Shown here piece by piece: positions 20,801 to 30,200 of a stretch of 63,693 bases of DNA. Under the pieces are notes generated by a model, which was not told where the DNA came from, did not search any database, and saw nothing but the letters and a program-made list of their open reading frames with translations. Origin of the DNA: Rikenellaceae bacterium (GTDB lineage: Bacteria; Bacteroidota; Bacteroidia; Bacteroidales; Rikenellaceae); NCBI GenBank assembly GCA_047173405.1, contig JBCQVD010000001.1, forward strand, positions 1 to 63,693. The letters are read 5' to 3'. The stretch's first letter is position 1; the number at the start of each line of letters is the position of its first letter. Made by a program: the position numbers and the translations under genes.

Positions 20801-21207
20801 CGGTGCATAGCGTCAACATCGACCACCCTCTCGGCGAGCGCCTCGGCGTAGGTGCACACCACCGTGTAGGGTGCGTCGCTGCGTCTTAGGGCGTTGAGCG
20901 TTGAGGTGCGTTGAACAACACTGTTGGGATCTTGCTTGCCGTAGACCATGGAGCGCTTGTAGGACGATGGCAGGAAGTGGATCATCTCCTCGTTGAGGAG
21001 TTCGTAGAGGTCGTTTAGGAGGTATGCTGCGCTATCTCGATCGTCCGAGACTAAGATGTGAACACCTCCAACGCGAGCGATATGAGCTGCGGCATACGAC
21101 GAGAGAGCACCACCAACCAAATCTTTGAGATGGATGGTGGTGCTACGACTCTCTACTGCTTGTTGTAGACTCTTTAGTGACTTTGATTTTTCAAAGAGTT
21201 TTAACAT
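17890..21207 (-). CDS. mfd: Transcription-repair coupling factor
   Basis: CGDVGFGKTEVA, IIDEEQKFGV, LTATPIPRTL, QLRGRVGRS, CarD-like RID and TRCF domains. Confidence 0.97.
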   Translation of the reverse strand: MLKLFEKSKSLKSLQQAVESRSTTIHLKDLVGGALSSYAAAHIARVGGVHILVSDDRDSAAYLLNDLYELLNEEMIHFLPSSYKRSMVYGKQDPNSVVQRTSTLNALRRSDAPYTVVCTYAEALAERVVDVDAMHREAINLKVGDKLSIDFLRETIEEAGFERVDFVYEPGQYSSRGGIVDIFSYSESEPFRVDFFGDEIDSLRRFNISSQLSLDKVKSCEIIPNLNTRHNDSSTKISLVEFVGRDASYWFTDGDYALDKVNELRRKMLVEAEEPSLVDLSVTSGNQLLDDLKPCRVFTLRPTIKRREADSVVEFHTKPQPKFNKNFEVLASNILTSTNQGYDTFILSRNKAQIERLENIFYQLGYKQLEVKAKNITLHEGFVDHDLRLQLYTDHQIFDRYQRYKIRGEIKRDEQMTIAELNQLQVGDYVVHYDHGVGKFGGLVKINENGKLHEAIKLTYKDNDVLFVNVHSLHRISRYKSGDAEPPKIYKLGTGAWQKLKNATKSAVKDISRELIALYARRKASAGFAFSPDTYLQQELEASFMWEDTPDQTAATNAVKQDMESPEPMDRLVCGDVGFGKTEVAIRAAFKAATDGKQVAILVPTTILAMQHYRSFMSRLKEFPVKIEYLNRTKSARETTMILKDLADGKVDILIGTHKILGKQVRFKDLGLLIIDEEQKFGVGAKEKLTELSVNVDTLTLTATPIPRTLQFSLMGSRDLSVISTPPANRQPILTESHVFSEEIIREAIETELSRAGQVYMVHNRVEDLNSVRDMLRRVCPKAKVAVGHGKMPAKDLEALIMDFIYGEYDVLLATTIIENGIDVSNANTIIINNAQYFGLSALHQLRGRVGRSDRKAYCYLLSPPDELLTDDARRRLRAIEEFSDLGSGFNIAMQDLDIRGAGNLLGAEQSGFIANIGFEAYQKIMQEAIAELRNEGLNVAGLTPKELDMVEQNIHFIDDCTVDIDVTAELPDSYIAQTAEKLKLYRELDSIKCEEELLKFTSRLKDRFGELPRPAQELLNVVRLRWEAIRLGMERVKVKNGLMIVHFVADQNSAYYKSDTFMKLLERATRESDRFVIRNANNRLAMTIRRVADIEAGHKLLKTI

Positions 21208-21245
21208 CTAGCTTAAATTTTTATGGATAGCTCTCTCGAACACCC

Positions 21246-22793
21246 TTATGCTAATAGATTACGACCAGATTTGTCAAAATAACCAATATCAACGATGCCG
21301 ATGCTTTGGTCTACTATAACCTCAATCTTGCAACCATACTTCCATGCCCAGCGTCGCCTAAGAGATAGAAGCCCCTTGTTGATAAAAGCCTCAATATATG
21401 GGCTTACGCGCAGCTGGATATATTTGCACTTGCGGTCAACGGTGAGGAACGAGATCTGGTTCTCGATACTCTTATCTATGAGTATCGTTGGTTGTATCTT
21501 ACCTGTGCCATTACATGTCGGACATACATCTTCAACCTCCTCCACCGCGATTGGACGCACCCTCTGGCGAGTGATCTGCATCAATCCGAACTTCGAGAGT
21601 GGCAACACCGTATGCTTCGCCTTGTCGCTAGCCATCAGTTTATTCATCTCTTCGTATAGAAGTTGACGGTTGGCAGCCTTGTGAAGATCTATAAAGTCGA
21701 CAATCACAATACCTCCGAGGTCACGCAGTCGTAGCTGTCGAGCAACCTCTGCCGCCGCCGCTAGATTGACATCCATCGCTGTCTGCTCCTGATTATCCTC
21801 CGCCTTGGTGCGATTTCCAGAGTTTACATCAATGACGTGCATCGCCTCCGTATGCTCGATGATGAGGTAGGCACCTCGTTTAAGCGACACATATTTGGCA
21901 AAGAGGGATTTTATCTGCTTCGAGATATCGAAATTATCGAATATAGGAAGCTGTCCCTTATATAGTTTAACGATATTTTGGCGCTCAGGGTCAATGAGTT
22001 TAATATACTCTCTGATATTGTTGTACATCTCCTGCTCGTCGACAACAATCTGCGAGAAGCTACCGTTGAGCGTGTCGCGGATAATTGTTGTTGCACGGCT
22101 CATCTCGCTCATTATTAGAGCTGGAGCGGTGCTCTTACGGCAGTTTTGAGTTATGCTGTGCCACCTCTCGATTAGAGATTTGATATCTTGTTCTATATCT
22201 TCGTCCTTGGCATTTATCGCCGCGGTACGTATAATAACACCGAAGTTTTTAGGCAGCACTTCAGCTGCAATTCTTTTGAGTCTCTTCTTATCTTCGACCG
22301 ATCTTATCTTTTGCGATAGAAAGACTTTGTTGGTGAATGGCACCAACACCACGTTGCGCCCAGCGAGCGATATCTCGGCTGTGAGGCGAGGTCCTTTGGT
22401 CGAGATCGCCTCTTTGGCAATCTGTACCATGACACTCTGTCCAACCTCAAGGTATGAGGCGATCTTTCCGCCTCGAGGGAGTGGTTCTAGGAGTTTTAGC
22501 GCTTCGACCTTAACTCCTCGTTTGCCAGGTTGTAGACTCGATACCACCTTGTTGAGTGATGAGAACTGACTGCCTAAATCCAAAAAGTGGATGAAGGCAT
22601 CTTTTTCGTGTCCTATATTCACAAAGGCAGCATTAAGCCCTGGCATTATCTTACGCACTCGACCGATATATATATCTCCCACCGCGAAGCCTGTTTTAGC
22701 CTGCTCTTTGTTAAGCTCAACTAAAACCTTATCTTCACAAAGAGCAATTGATATCTCTTTAGAAGTTACATTGATGATTAATTCTCGATTCAT
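21246..22793 (-). CDS. rng: Rne/Rng family ribonuclease
   Basis: S1 domain (PGLNAAFVNIG), IDVNSG, LRDLGGIVIVDFID, CPTCNGTG. Confidence 0.93.
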   Translation of the reverse strand: MNRELIINVTSKEISIALCEDKVLVELNKEQAKTGFAVGDIYIGRVRKIMPGLNAAFVNIGHEKDAFIHFLDLGSQFSSLNKVVSSLQPGKRGVKVEALKLLEPLPRGGKIASYLEVGQSVMVQIAKEAISTKGPRLTAEISLAGRNVVLVPFTNKVFLSQKIRSVEDKKRLKRIAAEVLPKNFGVIIRTAAINAKDEDIEQDIKSLIERWHSITQNCRKSTAPALIMSEMSRATTIIRDTLNGSFSQIVVDEQEMYNNIREYIKLIDPERQNIVKLYKGQLPIFDNFDISKQIKSLFAKYVSLKRGAYLIIEHTEAMHVIDVNSGNRTKAEDNQEQTAMDVNLAAAAEVARQLRLRDLGGIVIVDFIDLHKAANRQLLYEEMNKLMASDKAKHTVLPLSKFGLMQITRQRVRPIAVEEVEDVCPTCNGTGKIQPTILIDKSIENQISFLTVDRKCKYIQLRVSPYIEAFINKGLLSLRRRWAWKYGCKIEVIVDQSIGIVDIGYFDKSGRNLLA

Positions 22794-22814
22794 AAAACGC
22801 TTTGCTATTTAACG

Positions 22815-22851
22815 TATTAAAGCTAAGGATATTGTCTCCTTAGCTTTAATA
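22815..22851. terminator. Hairpin between bS22 and rng
   Basis: 15-bp inverted repeat tattaaagctaagga/tccttagctttaata. Confidence 0.55.
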
Positions 22852-22879
22852 TTTAGGCGACATATAAGATGTCGGCTAC

Positions 22880-22972
22880 CTACTTTTTCTTCTTGTGACG
22901 ATTCTTGCGTAGACGTTTTTTACGCTTGTGGGTAGCCATCTTATGCCTTTTTCTTTTCTTTCCGCTTGGCAT
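22880..22972 (-). CDS. 30S ribosomal protein bS22 (AURKAIP1/COX24-like), 30 aa; absent from ORF track
   Basis: Manual translation MPSGKKRKRHKMATHKRKKRLRKNRHKKKK*; lies between HU and rng. Confidence 0.88.
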   Translation of the reverse strand: MPSGKKRKRHKMATHKRKKRLRKNRHKKKK

Positions 22973-23005
22973 AGCTGTAATTTTTTGATTTATACTCGTG
23001 TTAAC

Positions 23006-23278
23006 TTACTTTATCATTTCTGCAAAGCTCTTAGCTGGCTTGAATGCAGGGATATTGTGCTCTGGTATTGTGATAGTTGTGCTCTTAGATATGTTGCGAG
23101 CGACCTTCTGAGCACGCTTCTTAACGATGAAACTTCCAAATCCGCGCAAGTACACATTGTTATTTGCTGCCATTGAGTTCTTTACGCTATCCATAAAGGC
23201 GTCAACGATTACTTGTACTTGTACTTTTTCAACTCCTGTAGTTTTCGCAATTTCACTTACGATATCTGCTTTTGTCAT
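23006..23278 (-). CDS. HU-family DNA-binding protein
   Basis: MTKADIV, VYLRGFGSF, ARNISK and PAFKPAK motifs. Confidence 0.95.
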   Translation of the reverse strand: MTKADIVSEIAKTTGVEKVQVQVIVDAFMDSVKNSMAANNNVYLRGFGSFIVKKRAQKVARNISKSTTITIPEHNIPAFKPAKSFAEMIK

Positions 23279-23511
23279 AGTATTAAATATTTTAGAATAA
23301 ATGTATTTCTAGTGTTCGAGCAGCAAAGATACGCCTTATTTCATTATTATACAAGTAATAACGTGTTTTTTATTGTTTTATTTATTTGAGATATTGAGGT
23401 TGTTTGATTATGAGATAATAAATAATCTTTTTTTGTCTTTTTTTATTATTGGGTTATACCATTACCGCTATAAAAACGTTACCTTTGTTTTGTGAGATAA
23501 AAAAGCCATAG

Positions 23512-24120
23512 ATGATGAGTACAAATTTTGATATATATTTTGCAACAAAGAGGCTCTCTATAGCCCAACAGCCATTCGAAGGGTGTGGGAAAATTGTGGA
23601 GCTTGACGAGCTAAGCTCCATCACAGCAATTACCGAGTTGCTCGGTCGATACGCGAGTATCGTGGTCGTAACACCCGACCCTCAGCAGGCTCTATGTCGC
23701 ATAAGTTCACTATTTAGGAGTGTGCTTGCAGCTGGTGGCATTGCAAAAAATGCGCAGGGCGAGGAGCTGATGATATTTAGAGGTGGCAGATGGGACCTAC
23801 CCAAAGGACACCACGAGCAAGGTGAGAGTATCGAGGAGTGTGCCGTGCGCGAGGTCGAGGAGGAGACAGGCGTTGTGGGGCTAACCATAGGCGAGAAGTT
23901 ATGCGTAACGCTCCATGCCTACTACCTGCGTTCGGTGTGGGAACTCAAGAGCACACACTGGTACTCGATGAGCTGTGAGGGTACGCCTCCGCTAAAACCC
24001 CAATACGAAGAGGGCATAGAGGATGTTAGGTGGTGCACAGCCGCCGAGGTCGAAAAAAACCTAGAGGGTAGCTTCCCAACAATTAAAGCGGTCTTTGCGG
24101 CTAATAGTGTTAACCACTAA
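23512..24120 (+). CDS. NUDIX hydrolase
   Basis: WDLPKGHHEQGESIEECAVREVEEETG Nudix box. Confidence 0.92.
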   Translation: MMSTNFDIYFATKRLSIAQQPFEGCGKIVELDELSSITAITELLGRYASIVVVTPDPQQALCRISSLFRSVLAAGGIAKNAQGEELMIFRGGRWDLPKGHHEQGESIEECAVREVEEETGVVGLTIGEKLCVTLHAYYLRSVWELKSTHWYSMSCEGTPPLKPQYEEGIEDVRWCTAAEVEKNLEGSFPTIKAVFAANSVNH

Positions 24121-25328
24121 GCTATGACACCTGAGCCGCAGAGTTCGTCGTCGAGGTACCACGCTGCGAACTGTCCTGCCGCGACGCTGCGTTGTGGTTC
24201 GTCGAAGATGATATAGCCATCCTTGTTTGATGCAATATAGAGCGTAGCCCTCTGGAGTGGTTGGCGGTAGCGTATGCGCACCATGAACTGTCGGCTCTCG
24301 CCCTCGCTCATTGCGAGCGTTGGGTTAACCCAGTGCATCTCGCTTGCCTCTATGCGTATGGCGCGACGCAGCAGCCCCAGGTGTGCATCTCCCTCACCTA
24401 TATATATAACATTCTGCTCCACGTCGGTGCCTATTATATATAGCGACTCTTTGCGTCCTCCAATGCCTAGCCCCTTGCGCTGCCCAATGGTGTAGAAGTG
24501 TGCGCCGTTATGTGTGCCGATCTTCTTGCCGTCGCGCACCGTAAAGCGGTGTGGTTGAGATAGTTTGTGTAGTAACTCCTCGCTCTGTAATATCTCGCTT
24601 AGAGGGGTGTGTAGAAGTTCACTGTCGAAGCGACTCCATTCGGGCTTTATCTCGTGGATATTACCCGCTTTAGAGGATAGCTTCTGTTGTAGAAAAACAG
24701 GAAGGTCTACCTTGCCAACAAAACATATACCTTGAGAGTCTTTGCGCTTGGCTGTGGCAAGAGCTGTGTTGTTTGCCACCTCTCGAACTTCAGGTTTAAG
24801 CATATCCCCAATAGGGAACAGTGCACATGAGAGTTGCTCCTGGCTTAATTGACAAAGGAAGTAGCTCTGGTCTTTGTTGGGGTCCTTGCCCGCTAGTAGA
24901 GAGTATGTAACCGCCCCTGTTTGAGGGTCGGTGCTCTCGCTCTTGCGGCAGTAGTGTCCTGTGGCTACATACTCTGCGCCTAGCTTGAGTGCCTCTTTGA
25001 GGAATACATCGAACTTAATCTCGCGGTTGCAGAGCACATCGGGATTGGGGGTGCGCCCCTTCTCATACTCCGAGAACATATAGTCAACAACGCGTGTGCG
25101 GTAGTGCTCCGAGAGATCAACCACATGTAGCTCGATATCTAACTTCTTGGCGACAAGTTCGGCAAAGACCCTATCGTCATGCCAGGCACAGTCCCCTTCG
25201 AGGGTTCCTGTGGTGTCGTGCCAGTTAATCATAAAAAGCCCGATGACCTCGTGCCCCTGCTGCTTGAGCAGGTATGCAGCAACCGATGAGTCTACACCGC
25301 CCGATATTCCAACAACTACGCGTGCCAT
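24117..25328 (-). CDS. mnmA: tRNA 2-thiouridine(34) synthase
   Basis: SGGVDSSV, TPNPDVLCNREIKF, ATGHY, KDQSYFL, DSQGICF, GQRKGLG. Confidence 0.97.
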   Translation of the reverse strand: MARVVVGISGGVDSSVAAYLLKQQGHEVIGLFMINWHDTTGTLEGDCAWHDDRVFAELVAKKLDIELHVVDLSEHYRTRVVDYMFSEYEKGRTPNPDVLCNREIKFDVFLKEALKLGAEYVATGHYCRKSESTDPQTGAVTYSLLAGKDPNKDQSYFLCQLSQEQLSCALFPIGDMLKPEVREVANNTALATAKRKDSQGICFVGKVDLPVFLQQKLSSKAGNIHEIKPEWSRFDSELLHTPLSEILQSEELLHKLSQPHRFTVRDGKKIGTHNGAHFYTIGQRKGLGIGGRKESLYIIGTDVEQNVIYIGEGDAHLGLLRRAIRIEASEMHWVNPTLAMSEGESRQFMVRIRYRQPLQRATLYIASNKDGYIIFDEPQRSVAAGQFAAWYLDDELCGSGVIA

Positions 25329-25329
25329 G

Positions 25330-25839
25330 CTATAACTCTAAAAGTCCCTCAGGGAGGTTAAAAGTAATGACCTTAGCATCGAAGTCTATATGTGTGATAA
25401 ACTCCTCGACGGCGGGTACCAACACCTCTCGACCTGCTAGGGTGATGCCAAGAAGAGGGTTGTTTTTATTATCGTAGAAGTCGCTCACCTCGCCATCCAT
25501 GTCATCAATGATCGCCTTGAAGCCGATGAGATCCTCCATGAAAAACTCATCGTCGTGGTACGAGTCGTCGCTCTCTTGCGCTGTTGACTCCTCGGCGAAT
25601 AGCTCAGTACCAATAAATTCGCTCACACGTCGATTGTTATCCACATCGGCGAAGATTACTCGCGCACTAGAGCGCCCGCGCCTCTCGAACTTATCGCACC
25701 ATAGAGGTACCATCAGAGAGTCAACCCTCACAAAGAGCGGTGTCGAGGGGGTGAAATCTTCGGGGAAGGTGTTGTAGAGTGTAATTACAACCTCACCCTC
25801 AGCACCAAAGAGTCTATTTATGTGAGCTACGGGTATCAT
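25330..25839 (-). CDS. rimM: Ribosome maturation factor RimM
   Basis: Downstream of rpsP; DLIGF, EVLVPAVEEFI and LPEGLLEL motifs. Confidence 0.88.
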   Translation of the reverse strand: MIPVAHINRLFGAEGEVVITLYNTFPEDFTPSTPLFVRVDSLMVPLWCDKFERRGRSSARVIFADVDNNRRVSEFIGTELFAEESTAQESDDSYHDDEFFMEDLIGFKAIIDDMDGEVSDFYDNKNNPLLGITLAGREVLVPAVEEFITHIDFDAKVITFNLPEGLLEL

Positions 25840-26023
25840 TCGTGTAGAATTTAATGGATATAAAGTATATCTGATTGTCGCTAGTTAAAATTAAGCAATC
25901 AATGCTTTTGGTTGTCAATACGCTTGCATATAGAGTGCTTATGAGCCGTAAAGAAAAACAGTTGCGAACATCCCGTCCACTTGCGTGGTGCGGTCTGCGC
26001 ACAACTGTCTATTTGAATCGACC

Positions 26024-26566
26024 TTACTCTGCAGACTCAGCAGCAACCTCCTCGGTTGTCTCCTCAGCAGCAGCCTCAGCGTTAGCTGCAGCAGCCTCTG
26101 CCTCAGCAGCAGCTTTTCTCTCAGCGATAGCTTGAGCGCGATCCTCTTTTACCTTAGTCTCAGCAGCCATACGAGCCTTAGCCTCAGCCTTAGCAGCCTC
26201 AGCAAGCTTGTTCTCGGCAGCAGAGATCTGCATACCCTTAGACTCAGCCCACTTGTTGAACTTAGCCTCAGCATCGCTCTCAGAGAATGCACCCTTCTTA
26301 ACACCACCTTGAAGGTGCTTCATGTAGAGTACTCCCTTGTGTGAAAGGATTGCACGACAAGTGTCAGTAGGTTGAGCACCCTTGTTCAACCAATCAAGTG
26401 CGCGATCGAACTTAAGGTCGATAGTTGCAGGATTAGTGTTAGGGTTGTAAGTACCCAACTTCTCGATAAAACGTCCATCGCGTGGTGCGCGAGCATCAGC
26501 CGCGATGATGTGATAGAATGCGTAGCCCTTTTTACCGTGGCGAGCCAAACGAATTTTAACAGCCAT
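26024..26566 (-). CDS. rpsP: 30S ribosomal protein S16 (Ala/Glu-rich C-terminal extension)
   Basis: [38 protein letters not shown]. Confidence 0.98.
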   Translation of the reverse strand: MAVKIRLARHGKKGYAFYHIIAADARAPRDGRFIEKLGTYNPNTNPATIDLKFDRALDWLNKGAQPTDTCRAILSHKGVLYMKHLQGGVKKGAFSESDAEAKFNKWAESKGMQISAAENKLAEAAKAEAKARMAAETKVKEDRAQAIAERKAAAEAEAAAANAEAAAEETTEEVAAESAE

Positions 26567-26690
26567 TTGCTTTAAAATTTAATGTAGTTAATAATAATTG
26601 TTGAGGATTCACGATCCTCCAGAGATGAGCGACCGAATCGCCCTGCCTCCATTAGTGTTATGCCGCTTCCAACTCGTGGAAAATGCGCCA

Positions 26691-26698
26691 CAAAGGTA
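26691..26698 (-). promoter_or_regulatory. Bacteroidota -7 promoter element (TACCTTTG) for rpsP
   Basis: Matches TAnnTTTG; similar boxes precede the PpiD-like gene, HU, NUDIX, nifJ, M16, tRNA-Gln, glf, the hdr cluster and pssA. Confidence 0.7.
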
Positions 26699-26737
26699 AG
26701 AAACTTATAATCAATATCCAAATATAGATGAAAGTTT

Positions 26738-26946
26738 TTAGTGTTAAGTGTTTAATGTTAAGTGTTTAATTGTTTAATGTTTATTGACTAATTTCTTAAC
26801 GTTTAACACTAAACATTAAACGGTTTTTCGGTTCAAACACAAGAGTGTATGATAAATTTCAGAGGGATAGTTGGTTACTCAAATTTATTTGAAATAACTA
26901 ACTATCCCTTTGAAATATTATAGCTTTAGGTATAATCCGAAAACCG
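26738..26946. repeat. Inverted heptamer array (26738-26821) plus four-way-junction module copy 2 (26821-26946)
   Basis: agtgtta/aatgttt repeats then their complement; closing stem cggtttttcgg/ccgaaaaccg; apex caaatttatttg. Confidence 0.75.
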
Positions 26947-26960
26947 TAAAACATAAAGTT

Positions 26961-27176
26961 TAGCTCTGCGGGGAGCACCCCGCCGCTGTCCGCGCAGGAC
27001 AGTAAGAAGCAATACAAAAGATTTTGGTTCTTACGAACCAACGCCCTCTGAGCGATTTTCCCGCGAGCGCAAAAATCGCTTTTTAGGAGGGAGGGCGATA
27101 GAGTTTCTGTGATAGAGTTTCTGCGATCCGAGGACTGCCCTACGCGGGCGGCGGCGGGGTGCTCCCCGCGGAGCTA
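26961..27176. repeat. REPIN/MITE-like element, inverted relative to 8771-8980
   Basis: TAGCTC...GAGCTA termini with ~40-bp imperfect inverted units; shared spacer ttggttc..gaaccaacgccctctgagcgatttt. Confidence 0.9.
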
Positions 27177-27182
27177 TGATAC

Positions 27183-27214
27183 AAAAAAGGAGGCAACTAG
27201 ATTAGCTGCCTCCT
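27183..27214 (-). terminator. Terminator after nifJ
   Basis: aggaggca/tgcctcct stem plus T tract on the minus strand. Confidence 0.75.
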
Positions 27215-27240
27215 CAATAATATATGTGTTATACTATATA

Positions 27241-30200
27241 CTAGTACTCCATCTTAGCCAAACGCTTGTAGCCGTTATATCTCCACTTAGCGTTCTCCTC
27301 AGCTGCCTGGAACAACTCATCAGCCTCATCTGGGAATGCCTTCTTAAGTGATGTGTAACGTACCTCGCGCGCTAGGAATGCCTGGAACTTACTCCAATCT
27401 GGCTCCTTAGAATCAAGAGTAAATGGATTCTTTCCAGCCTCCTCAAGCTGTGGATTGTATCTCCATAGGTGCCAGTAACCAGCAGCTACGGCATCCTTAC
27501 CTACGGTTTGAGTGCGTGTCATACCGCCCTTGATACCGTGGTTGATACATGGTGCGTAAGCAATAACGAGTGATGGACCTGGATAAGCCTCAGCCTCCTT
27601 CAATACGTTAAACAACTGTGCTTGAGAAGCACCGATTGATACCTGAGCAACATATACATAACCGTAAGTCATGGCGATAGCTCCAAGGTCTTTCTTGCGG
27701 ATACGCTTACCCTTACTTGCGAACTTAGCGATAGCACCAACTGGTGTTGACTTAGATGATTGACCTCCTGTGTTAGAGTAAACCTCAGTATCAAGAACAA
27801 GGATGTTGATATCCATTCCCGATGCTAGAGCGTGGTCAACACCACCGAAGCCGATATCGTAAGCCCAACCATCACCACCGATGATCCATTGTGACTTCTT
27901 AACCAACCAGTCTTTGTACTCCAAGATCTTCTTGCAAGCGTCGCAGTCGCAAGCTTCAACAAGTGGTAGTAGAGCCTCTGTTGCTGCCGCTGAAGCAGAT
28001 GTAGAGCCACGTTGTGCGATCCACTCGCCCATAGCAGCCTTCAACTCCTCAGAGCAAGCGCCACAGTTAGCCATTGCATCCTCCATAGTCTCTTGTAGAC
28101 GGTCACGAAGCTTCTCGATACCCATACGCATACCCATACCGAACTCTGCGTTATCCTCGAAGAGTGAGTTTGCCCAAGCTGGACCTTGACCCTTCTCGTT
28201 TGTGCAGTATGGAGTTGATGGAGCTGAACCAGAGAAGATAGAGCTACAGCCAGTTGCGTTAGCTACCATCATGTTTTCACCGAACAACTGTGTAAGTGAC
28301 TTAACGTAAGGAGTCTCACCACAACCAGCACAAGCTCCAGAGAACTCGAAGAGTGGTTGTGCGAACTGCATGTTTTTAACGTTCTTAGTCTTATCGAAAT
28401 CCTTCTTGTAGCCGATATTCTTAATGACGTACTCCCAGTTCTTAGCCTCTTTAAGTTGAGTATCAAGTGGCTTCATAACGAGAGCCTTCACCTTAGATGG
28501 ACATACGTCAACGCAGTTGCTACATCCTGTACAGTCAAGTGGAGTAACCTGCATGCGGAACTTGTAGATCTTAGTCTCACCAATACCTTGCTTCCACTCC
28601 AAACCTGAAGCGGCAGCCTCCTCTTCGGTTGCCAAGAATGGACGAATAGCTGCGTGAGGACAAACATAAGAACATTGGTTACACTGAATACAGTTATCCA
28701 TGATCCACTCAGGAACATTAACAGCGATACCGCGCTTTTCGAACGCTGCTGTACCTGCCTCCCAAGTACCATCCTCGTAACCATTGAAGTCTGAAACCTT
28801 CAAATCGTCACCCTTAAGAGCGTTGATAGGATCAACAATCTTACGAACGAACTCTGTGCGGCTTAGGTCTACGGTAGCCTCAGCTGCCTTAACCTCGATT
28901 GAAGCCCACTCAGCAGGAACAGCAACCTCAACAACAGCATCACCACCTGCATCAACTGCAGCGTAGTTCATGTTGACGATATCCTCACCCTTCTTACCGT
29001 AAGACTTCAAGATAGCCTTCTTCATCTCCTTAACGGCCTGCTCGAATGGTATAACGTTTGCAATCTTGAAGAATGCAGACTGCATCACAGTGTTAGTTCT
29101 GGAACCTAGACCTAGCTCAGCACCGATCTTAGTTGCGTTGATGATGTAGAACTTGATATCGTTCTTAGCCATGTAAACCTTCATGTGGTCTGGCAAAGAT
29201 GCGCAAGTTGTCTCAGCATCGTGTACAGAGTTCAAAAGGAATGAACCACCCTTCTTAAGACCCTTCAATACGTCATACTTGTCAACATAAGATGGAACGT
29301 GACAAGCCACGAAGTCTGGTGTTGTTACCAAGTAAGGTGATGTAATTGGGTTGTCACCAAAGCGAAGGTGAGAAGAGGTGTAACCTCCTGATTTCTTTGA
29401 GTCGTATGCGAAGTATGCTTGACAATACTTATCTGTTGTGCTACCGATGATCTTGATTGAGTTTTTGTTAGCACCTACGGTACCGTCAGCACCCAAACCG
29501 AAGAATAGACCCTCGAAAGTTCCCTCTTTACCAAGTGCGATAGGCTCGCCAACTGGAAGTGAAAGGAATGTAACATCGTCCTCGATACCCACTGTGAAGT
29601 GGTTCTTAGGCTCTGCTGCTGCGAGGTTATCGAATACAGCTACGATGTGTGCTGGAGTTGTATCTTTTGAAGATAGACCATAGCGTCCACCGATGATTGA
29701 AGGAGTATTCTCCTTGCCGTTGAACATCTCAACAACATCCAAGAATAGAGGCTCTGCGTGGCATCCTGGCTCCTTAGTACGGTCAAGAACACAGATCTTC
29801 TTAACGCTTGCAGGAAGAACATTGAAGAAGTACTTCTCTGAGAATGGACGATATAGGTGAACGGTAATCAAACCAACCTTGCGACCTTGAGCGTTGAGGT
29901 AGTCAACTGTCTCCTTGATAGTGTCGCATGATGAACCCATAGCAACGATTGCCTCCTCAGCATCCTCAGCGCCGTAGAATGTGAATGGAGCGTAGCAGCG
30001 ACCAGTGATCTCAGAGATCTGAGCCATTGTCTCAGCCACCATATCAGGAATAGCGTCATAGTACTTGTTTGAAGCCTCACGAGTCTGGAAGTAGATATCT
30101 GGGTTCTGAGCAGTACCGCGAGCTACTGGGTGGTTAGGGTTAAGTGCGTTTTGGCGGAAAGCCTTAAGCGCGTCGCGATCGAACATTGCGGTAAGAGCCG

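Noticed and set aside
18323-20851. Numerous antisense or alternate-frame ORFs within mfd, nifJ and other long genes
   Set aside because: Shadow ORFs of well-supported genes, with no recognisable motifs
26590-26690. SRP RNA (ffs) upstream of rpsP
   Set aside because: The conserved SRP helix-8 CAGG...GGAA...AGCA motif and single long hairpin are absent; kept only as a leader candidate
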